Below are positions 56,482 through 64,000 of a stretch of 64,000 nucleotides of DNA, piece by piece. Each line of letters opens with the position of its first letter. Positions within the stretch are counted from its first letter, which is position 1. The translations under genes and the position numbers were made by a program. Source of the DNA: an uncultured Verrucomicrobiae bacterium (GTDB taxonomy: Bacteria > Verrucomicrobiota > Verrucomicrobiia > Chthoniobacterales > UBA10450); NCBI GenBank assembly GCA_963801815.1, contig CAWDGJ010000003.1, forward strand, positions 416,001 to 480,000, read 5' to 3'. The notes beneath the pieces were generated by a model. The model was not told the DNA's origin. It was given only the letters and a program-made list of their open reading frames with translations, and made no database searches.

Positions 56482-58680
56482 TTTCACGTTGAGCTGCCAT
56501 TTCCTGACATTTTCTCAAGTCGAGTTTGCCTGAAGCCATGACTGGAATTGAATCGACTCGGTAGACCTTCTTCGGAATCCACAAATTTGGAACGCCGGCC
56601 TGACGAAGCTTGTCTCGCAATTCAGCGAGATCGACATCGATGGCGTTCAACAGTACCAGCGCCTCCCCTTTGGCTGCGTCCTGCACGCCCATAATCGCGA
56701 TCAGTCGTTCGTCTTTTCCAGCCAGGCCGAGAAGCTCGATGATCTTGTACTCGATCGATTCGTGCGGGACCATTTCGCCACCGATCTTCGAAAAACGCGA
56801 AAGACGTCCTTCGATGTAGAGAAATCCGTCCTCGTCAAACCGGCCGATGTCGCCCGTTTTCAGCCAGCCATCATGCAGAACTTCTGCAGTGCGTTTTTCA
56901 TCGTGAAGGTAGCCTTCGAAAATGTTGACTCCGCAGAACCAGACCATGCCGGTTTCGTGAAGCGAGAGCCTTTGGTCGGTCTCGGGATTCCGGATTTCGG
57001 CGGCGATACCAGGCGCCATTTTTCCGACGGAACCCAAGCGACTGGAGGGTTGCACTTGTTCACCGCGCTTTGGTTGGGGCTCAGGCAAATTGACGCTCAC
57101 TACCGGGGATGTTTCGGTTAGTCCGTAGCCTTCGAAAACCCGCTGTTGGAATCGCTCCTCGAACGCTTTCGCGAGGTCGAGTGGAAGTTTTTCCGCTCCG
57201 GTGATCACGAGCCGAAGGCTACAGAGTTGATGCGGCTCGGCTTTTCGCAAGTAACCGCGCAAGAAAGTCGGCGTCGCCAGAAGCAATGTCAGTTTGTATT
57301 TCTCGATGAGGGCCGCGTTTTTTGTGACCTCCAGCGGATTGGGATAGGTGACAATGGGGACGCCTTCGATCAATGGATACCAAAGAGTGACGGTGGCGCC
57401 GAAACTGTGGAAGAACGGAAGCGACGCGAGAATCGCTCGTCAGATTTCGTGAGATCCAGCAGCTCACAGAACTGGGAGACGTTACCGACAATGTTCCGGT
57501 GACTGAGGACAGCGCCTTTGGGGTCGCCGGTGCTGCCACTGGTGAACAGCAGACTCGCCTCGGCGTGGCCGCCAGCCTTGGGAATTTGTAACATCCGCAA
57601 GAGAAGCCGGGTCGGACAGAAGATCGACATCATCCACCAAAAAAAGATGTGCGGTTTCAGTCGCGGCATGAGTTCGTCCAATTTCAAAACAGTTTGGGGC
57701 CACGGAAAATCCTTCAAGCGTTCCGTGAACGCGGTCGCAGTAATCGCGACGCTAAGCTCCGCACGCTGGCAACAGAATTCATTCGCGGCGCGGCCCATCG
57801 TGAAATTCAGATCCACTGGGACTTTGCCGGCTAGCGTCACGGCCAGATTTGCAACCATGGAACCTTTGCTGGCCGGCAGAACGATCGCGATCCGTCGATC
57901 GGAAAATCGTTTTCGCAAGAAACGGCTTAAGGCGGCGGCAGCGCCCAGAAGTTTTGCGCGGCTCAGCTCACTGTGGTCCAGGCCATCAATTACCGCGGTG
58001 CCGAAACGCTTCCGTTTCAAACCGCGCACGCACGCTTCGCCGAGATGCCGGTCCAGTGAAGGCCGCCGGCTGTAACAGAATTCGCCAAGCTTGAGGAGTT
58101 CTTCGCGGACCGTGGCAATGTCGGCGGCAGCTGGTTCCAGCGGCTTACCAAACGCGACACTGACGCGATAAGGAATTTCCTTTGGCCATTTGGTGAAGAA
58201 CTTTCCGCCTTGAAATGAAAAGATTGAGCCCCAAAGCCGGTCCAGCCAGACCGGAACTACTGGAGCGTTTGCGTGTTGTGCAATCAATTCGTAGCCGCGC
58301 CTGAGCCGTAACAATGTGCCAGATCGCGTGAGTTGACCTTCGGGAAAGAGGCAGACGACCTCGCCGGCCGCTAGTCTTTCGGCCGCAGCTCGGATGGCGG
58401 AACGTGAATGGCGAGTGTCTATTGGAATGCAGCCAACCGTTTGCAGTAACGGCCGCAGCAACGGCTTGCGGTAAAATTCCTGGTCGATCACGTAGCGGAT
58501 CGGGCGAGGGCATGCGAGCTGGAGGACAATGGCATCGATCCAGGTGATGTGATTCGGCAGAAGTAAGTAGCCGCCGGGCGGCAACTTATCCGTGCCATGC
58601 GCGCTCACCCGGTAAAAGCAGCGGAAAAGCGCTCGACCGAAGAAATAAAGCATGCGCTGGGCGCTGGAGGTTGAAGCCAT
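56465..58680 (-). CDS. aas: Bifunctional acyltransferase / acyl-ACP synthetase Aas-like (apparent indel near 57430)
   Basis: NHITWID and FPEG; FTSGSTGDPKG, EGYGLTETSP and GRLSRFSKIGGEMV motifs. Confidence 0.88.
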
Positions 58681-58731
58681 CGTTTATGATTTACAATCAG
58701 CCTGTGCTCGTCTGCAATCGGCAACTCTCGA

Positions 58732-59998
58732 ATGGAAAATAGTGGTCGTTCCTCCTCAGGTGCGAAGATAGCGCTTGGCCTACTGCTGACGATTAACCTT
58801 TTTAACTACATCGATCGTCAAGTACTGGCCGCCGTGGAGCCTGAAATCCGATCGAGTTTTTTCGCCCCGGGCGACGTCAACGCGATGACCAAGACGGGTT
58901 TATTGGGAACAGCGTTCTTGGTCACCTACATGTTGAGTGCGCCTGTGCTAGGCTTTCTGGCCGACCGCATGTCACGTTGGGTGATTGTTGGATCGGCTGT
59001 GATCCTGTGGAGCCTTGCAAGTGGCGGCACCGGTCTCGCCGCGACTTTTGGAATTCTTTTTGCCACGCGAGTCTGTGTCGGAATCGGCGAAGGAGGTTAT
59101 GGTCCGGCGGCGCCAACGATTTTGGCCGACCTTTACCCGATCGAAACGCGGGGCCGCGTGATGGCCATTTTTTGTGCTGCGATTCCGGTCGGGAGTGCGC
59201 TCGGGTATGTCATTGGCGGTTTGGTTGGCTCGCATCTGGGATGGCGCTGGGCATTTTATATGGTCGCGCCTCCCGGAATACTTCTCGGGTTGCTCTGCTT
59301 TTGGCAGCTCGACCCGCGGGTCGCATCACATCATCTCATGCAACGAGTGCCTCGCCGCGGGCTCGCCGATTATTTGAAACTTTTCCGCACGCGCTCATAT
59401 CTGATCAATTGCATCGCTCAAACGTTGATGACCTTCGCTGCCGGCGGTTTGGGCTATTGGGTTTCGGAGTACTCTGAGCTTCCGCAATCAAAGTCCGGCT
59501 GCGGGCAGGACGATTTTTGGATTAATCACCGTCGTCGCAGGTTTGAGTTCGACAATCATCGGAGGAATTGTCGCTGACAAACTCCGGCCGCGATTCCCCG
59601 CTTCCTATTTTTGGGTTTCTGGAATTGGAATGCTGATCGCGTGTCCGTTTTTTGTCGCGAGTCTCTACGTTCCGTTTCCCGCGGCCTGGGTTCCGATGTT
59701 CCTGGCGATTTTCCTGCTTTTCTTGAACACTGGCCCGTCAAACACCGCGTTGGCAAATGTTTCATTGCCCGCAGTGCGCGCAACCGCGTTCGCAGTGAAT
59801 ATTCTCGTCATCCACGCGCTGGGAGACGTGCAGGCGTTCTGGCTCCTCGGCTACATTGGCGGTCACGCGAATATCCGGATCGCTTTCTTATTTGTCTCCG
59901 CGATTATTCTGGCTTCCGGCATTGCCTGGATTATCGGAGCGAAATATTTGCCGGAAGACACTGCGCGTGTCGAAGCAGCGACGGTGCGGTCTCCCTAG
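58732..59998 (+). CDS. Spinster-like MFS transporter (apparent indel near 59475)
   Basis: INLFNYIDR, GFLADRMSR, GIGEGGYGPAAP and IHALGD motifs. Confidence 0.88.
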
Positions 59999-61815
59999 TG
60001 TCCCACGGTTGTGCCGAGATGAACGTCGTAGGCTCGAGCTTGCGATAACGCGTTGGCCGCCTGATCCACGTGGCCGGCTTTCGTTTCCAGCTCGCTTAGC
60101 AATTGCCAACTTTCTGCGCGATACGGTTGGGTTTGGAGACAACTGAGTAATTCGTTGATCGCCGCGCTTGTTGCGCCGGTTTGATCCAGCACCTGAATAT
60201 AGGCTTTCTCGATCGACCAATTCGGCGGACCTGTTCGCGAAGCGAGGCGCATTTGCATCAGGTCGACTTTCCCCGTTTCCTGATGGTCCAAAACGGCCAG
60301 AAGTTGATGGGCCTGCGCGTCGACTACCGGCATCTGGGTGGCGCGAGTGAGAAGCTCTCGCGCGAGTTTGAAATCGTTTTGTTTTAAAGCCACCGCGCCA
60401 AGGTTGATGATCGCGAAAGGCTGATTCGGCTTTTTTTGCAGCGCCGCGTGCAGATGCGCGGCGGCATCTTCGAGCTTTCCTTCGCTCAACTCCAATCCGG
60501 CCAGGTTGATGAGCATTCGGGCCGAATCGCCGCCATGCCTGATGGTGCGCTCCAGAAACGTACGCTGGTCCTTCCAATCAAGTGTTCGGACAAACGTGCG
60601 ACCGCCGAGAAATGCCATCCACAGGGCGATCAGCGCCGCAGCCGACGCCACTGCCCACCGTTGGGCTTGCAGTGGCCGCGTCAATGATGTGAGTTCGATC
60701 GCTATCGCCAGAAACAGAAAAGCGCTTGGCAAATAAATCCAGTGCTCCGCCGCGGTTGCATTCAATGCAACGACCCCGCTCACCGGCAAGTAACAGATAA
60801 GCGCAAACAACAGGCACACGAACGCTGCCGGATTGCGTTTACGAGCGCGCAGCAGCCAGATCAAGAAGGCAACGATCAAAACGAGGCCGAGGAGGGTTTG
60901 CAGTTCGCGCCACGCAGCCTGCGCGAGGCTCGCCTCGCTGAATCCGCTAGGCTGAGTTTCCACATCGCGATCCATGTGCAGGTTCAGAGGAAACACGATC
61001 AGACCCGCGTATTCGGCCACGGCACGCGCGACGATGATCGGTCGGACCAGCAGGGGCGGTGGAGGTGTTAACTGGGGCGCGGGTTGATGTTCTGCCCCAA
61101 GGCGAGAAATGAAGTAAATCGTGGCGACAAAAGCGCCCATCGCGATCGTTTTCCAAAGCTCTCCCCAATTTTTCAAGACGAGGACGAGAAGAATTCCGAG
61201 GATCGGAAAAATCAGACCGCCTTCCTTGCTGAATGCGCTCAGGAGAAAAACGGCGCCGCTTCCAATCAAAAGCAATAACTTTAATGCGCCAGTGAGCCGA
61301 AGGCTTCGGCAAAGCAAAAATAAGCCGGTGAACCCAAAGGCCGCGGCGAGGGGATCGGCTCGACCTGAAATGTAAACGACTGCCGCACTTTGTACGGGAT
61401 GAATTGCCCAGATAAGTGTCGCTACCAGAGCGACCAGACTGCTCCTGCGCCGCTCGATGCCAAAGTTGAATAACAATTCCTGGGCAAACAACAAAAGCGC
61501 GATAGCAGCTATGGCATGCCAAAGAACGCTCGTTGCGTGGTAAAGTGCGGGCTGAAATCCCACCAGGGCGTAATCCAACGTATAACTCAATCGTTGCAAC
61601 GGACGGTAGAAATCTGAGGCAGTTGCGTCGATAAAAAGGAAATGGTTGAAGCTTTCAGGAATCAGGCGCCAGCTCCGGATCAACGGATCTCGCAGAATCA
61701 ACGCGGTGTCGTCCCAAACAAAACCGTTGCGCACGGCCGGTGCATAGCTAACGAAAACAGCGGCGAGCAGGATTAGAACAGCCCAGATTTTTTTCACGAC
61801 AAACGAGGACATCAA
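59995..61815 (-). CDS. TMTC-like GT-C membrane protein with C-terminal TPRs
   Basis: FVWDD, FYRPL, IHPVQSAAVVYISGRAD, SKE and AEHWIYLPS motifs plus TPR helices. Confidence 0.82.
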   Translation of the reverse strand: MMSSFVVKKIWAVLILLAAVFVSYAPAVRNGFVWDDTALILRDPLIRSWRLIPESFNHFLFIDATASDFYRPLQRLSYTLDYALVGFQPALYHATSVLWHAIAAIALLLFAQELLFNFGIERRRSSLVALVATLIWAIHPVQSAAVVYISGRADPLAAAFGFTGLFLLCRSLRLTGALKLLLLIGSGAVFLLSAFSKEGGLIFPILGILLVLVLKNWGELWKTIAMGAFVATIYFISRLGAEHQPAPQLTPPPPLLVRPIIVARAVAEYAGLIVFPLNLHMDRDVETQPSGFSEASLAQAAWRELQTLLGLVLIVAFLIWLLRARKRNPAAFVCLLFALICYLPVSGVVALNATAAEHWIYLPSAFLFLAIAIELTSLTRPLQAQRWAVASAAALIALWMAFLGGRTFVRTLDWKDQRTFLERTIRHGGDSARMLINLAGLELSEGKLEDAAAHLHAALQKKPNQPFAIINLGAVALKQNDFKLARELLTRATQMPVVDAQAHQLLAVLDHQETGKVDLMQMRLASRTGPPNWSIEKAYIQVLDQTGATSAAINELLSCLQTQPYRAESWQLLSELETKAGHVDQAANALSQARAYDVHLGTTVGH

Positions 61816-61839
61816 TAATCTGGCCGTCTACAATTGCGA

Positions 61840-62598
61840 ATGTTTATGTCGATCTCACGTGCAGGACTAATCTGGGGGATGGTTGCCATCGGAAGCACTG
61901 CTTATGCCGACGGCGTGCCCTCGGATTGCTCGCAGCTGATCGTAGCAATCGCGCCGGACGGGAATTCGATGCATGGCAAGCTGCAACGCTTCGAGCGCGC
62001 AAAGGACAACTGGAACACAGTCAGCGCACCGATTCCGGTTTTGTTCGGTAAGAACGGCCTCGCCTGGGGCAGCGGTCTCGCGGGCCAAAATGAACCCGGC
62101 TTGCACAAGAAGGAGCGAGACGGCCGCGCACCCGCCGGGGTTTTCGCGATCGGCGAAGTTTTCGGATACGAACCCAAGCTGCCTTCGGGCGGCGATTATC
62201 CCTACCATCAGGTGACTGAGGCCGATATCTGGAGCGACGATCCGCGCTCACCTAATTACAATCGCCACGTCGTGATCGATCCAAAAAGCCCTCCTGACAA
62301 TTATAGTCACGAAAAGATGCGGTCGGGAGATTTCGCGTATCATTGGCTGGTCGAAATCCGGCACAATTCCGATCCGCCAGTTCCCGGAGAAGGGAGCGCG
62401 ATCTTTTTTCATATTCGCCGCGGAGTGAACCACCCGACAACCGGCTGCACCACGATGGCGCAACCCGAATTGGAGAAAATGATTACGTGGCTGCGTGCAG
62501 CAAAACATCCCTGCTATGTCCTGCTGTCCGCGGACGAATACGAGAAGAAGTGGCGAAGTTGGAATATGCCGGCCCCTGAAAGAACACAGCTGAAGTAA
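61840..62598 (+). CDS. L,D-transpeptidase (YkuD-like) family protein
   Basis: Signal peptide, ERDGRAPAGVF and GSAIFFH...TTGC catalytic motif. Confidence 0.85.
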   Translation: MFMSISRAGLIWGMVAIGSTAYADGVPSDCSQLIVAIAPDGNSMHGKLQRFERAKDNWNTVSAPIPVLFGKNGLAWGSGLAGQNEPGLHKKERDGRAPAGVFAIGEVFGYEPKLPSGGDYPYHQVTEADIWSDDPRSPNYNRHVVIDPKSPPDNYSHEKMRSGDFAYHWLVEIRHNSDPPVPGEGSAIFFHIRRGVNHPTTGCTTMAQPELEKMITWLRAAKHPCYVLLSADEYEKKWRSWNMPAPERTQLK

Positions 62599-62656
62599 CA
62601 AAAAAACCGCGACTCATTGATTCTCTCGTTGTTTGACGTAGTTGTTAGGCAGACCC

Positions 62657-62914
62657 ATGCGAAGACGATCAAATCCAGATTCGGAACCAAATATCCGCCG
62701 CATTGATACCAAGACGCGCGCGAAAAAGCAGACGCACGGTTTCCAGGTGCATTTTTTGCGTGGAAAAAATGCTGTCACCAGAATGTTCAGCGACTCGCTT
62801 TGCGGCGGAAAAGAAGGAGCGCGAAGGGCAGCGCGAAAATTCAAAAAGAGAGCGATAGGCCGCGCGGGTAAACGCGGATCACAATCGAAATCTCGGCGCC
62901 GACGCCGGCGCTAA
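62657..62914 (+). CDS. Small basic protein with AP2-like DNA-binding motif
   Basis: IRRID...THGFQVHFLRG...RMFSDSLCGGKEGARRAARKF plus Arg-rich tail. Confidence 0.6.
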   Translation: MRRRSNPDSEPNIRRIDTKTRAKKQTHGFQVHFLRGKNAVTRMFSDSLCGGKEGARRAARKFKKRAIGRAGKRGSQSKSRRRRRR

Positions 62915-64000
62915 TTGTTTTTTCCGCGCGAGACTTTCCAACATTCCAGGAATGCCGGCGCAAATTCTCGCGGCCGGGCCTTAGTCCATTCATCGACAAG
63001 CTCGGGTGAAAAGAACTTGCCGGCTTCAATTTCGGTCGCGTTTGGCCGCAGTTGGCCGTCGTAAAGTCCGTGGTACAGACAAACAAATTCCTGATCGGTC
63101 TGTTTAGAGGCCGGCAGTTTCGCGATTTTTCGTAAGGGGGTTTCGATACCAAGCTCTTCCCGCAGCTCGCGGTTTGCTGTCTGATCGTATTCTTCTCCAG
63201 CGTTTACATGCCCGGCGGCGCTCGAATCCCACATCAGAGGGTGCCGGTCCTTCAATCGGGACCGTAATTGGAGAAAGACCTCGCCGGGGGAGTTGAAAAT
63301 GAGCACGTGAACTGCCCTGTGGAGCAAGTTATTCGCATGCACCTGGCTCCTCGGAGCAGCTCCTTTGGGACAGTCGTCTTCATCGACCACCTGAAACTGT
63401 TCTTCAGGGGGGCTGGCGTTACTTGCTGGTGTGATGGGCGTGATTCGATTCGTTAGCGCTATCCAGTCTTCTAACGAGAGTTCTTCCGCTCGCGCACGCG
63501 GATTTAAGTCAAGCTCGGCGGCAATCGTTTCCCAAGCTGGCGTTTCTTCGCGAATCAGTTTGCCAAGTTGCTTTCGTCGTTGCGAGAAACCGCGACGGAC
63601 AAGGCGCTCGAAAATCTGGTGATTACAGGCTGACAATTCATTTTGGGTGCGTGGCAGGATGCGAACAACAGCAGAGTCCACGTCAGGCTTGGGCAAGAAG
63701 ACGCTGGCGGGAATTGTTCGCAGATATTCAACTCGATACCGGAGCTGAACTTGCAAAGTGAGTGCTCCGTAGTCGCGTGTCGCGGGAGCGGCGCTCAGGC
63801 GTTTCGCCAGCTCCTTCTGTAACATCAACACCCACAGCGAGATAGGACTTGGATATTCCAGGAACCTAACGAGGAGCTGACTGGAAATGTAATATGGAAG
63901 ATTTCCAAGAAGTTTCACTCGCGGTTTCGTGAACAACAATCGCAAATCAAATTCCAGCGCGTCGCCGTGCACGATTTCGACTTTTCCGTGCGCAAACTTC
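62911..64000 (-). CDS. rsmA: 16S rRNA dimethyltransferase RsmA/KsgA fused to NUDIX hydrolase (5' end off window)
   Basis: GNLPYYISS, MLQKE, FLPKPDVDS and FSQRRK motifs, then GHVNAGEEYDQTANRELREELG. Confidence 0.92.
   Translation of the reverse strand, partial: KFAHGKVEIVHGDALEFDLRLLFTKPRVKLLGNLPYYISSQLLVRFLEYPSPISLWVLMLQKELAKRLSAAPATRDYGALTLQVQLRYRVEYLRTIPASVFLPKPDVDSAVVRILPRTQNELSACNHQIFERLVRRGFSQRRKQLGKLIREETPAWETIAAELDLNPRARAEELSLEDWIALTNRITPITPASNASPPEEQFQVVDEDDCPKGAAPRSQVHANNLLHRAVHVLIFNSPGEVFLQLRSRLKDRHPLMWDSSAAGHVNAGEEYDQTANRELREELGIETPLRKIAKLPASKQTDQEFVCLYHGLYDGQLRPNATEIEAGKFFSPELVDEWTKARPREFAPAFLECWKVSRGKNN

Noticed and set aside
51904..64000. tRNA-anchored genomic island or prophage
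   Set aside because: No integrase, no duplicated tRNA 3' end seen in the window, and no phage genes.

Overview
Bacterial chromosomal window of mostly housekeeping genes. It is GC-rich, and the gene content resembles soil Verrucomicrobiota (Chthoniobacterales-like), which is an inference. It contains the nuoD-L part of a complex I operon with an apparent NuoE-NuoF fusion, then fabD, ispD, eno-ftsB-prfB (canonical +1 frameshift), iscS/cysE, glgB, xseA-ruvB and purH. Further along are peptidases, hpnH-shc, sodA, dapL, a tRNA-CAT, a lipid-remodelling cluster and an rsmA-NUDIX fusion. About 15 genes carry small indels that look like long-read consensus errors. The main signal is a dense, diverse population of short palindromic elements. 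(1) A GxxExxY nuclease gene inside the nuo operon is bracketed by inverted repeats, and an 88-bp empty copy with the same ends and start codon lies about 1.5 kb away. (2) Many related inverted arrays built from 7, 8, 9 or 10-nt units sit at gene junctions; three in the nuo operon encode mini-ORFs running from one gene's stop to the next gene's start. (3) GTAG/GGAG/GTCAT REP-like doublets occur, some stacked and one locally inverted. (4) Several of these elements are inserted in frame inside proteins (KLDxxKQSS, VRAGLA/PSRTG, a 54-bp GTAG unit, heptamer arrays). No CRISPR array, rRNA or transposase gene was seen.
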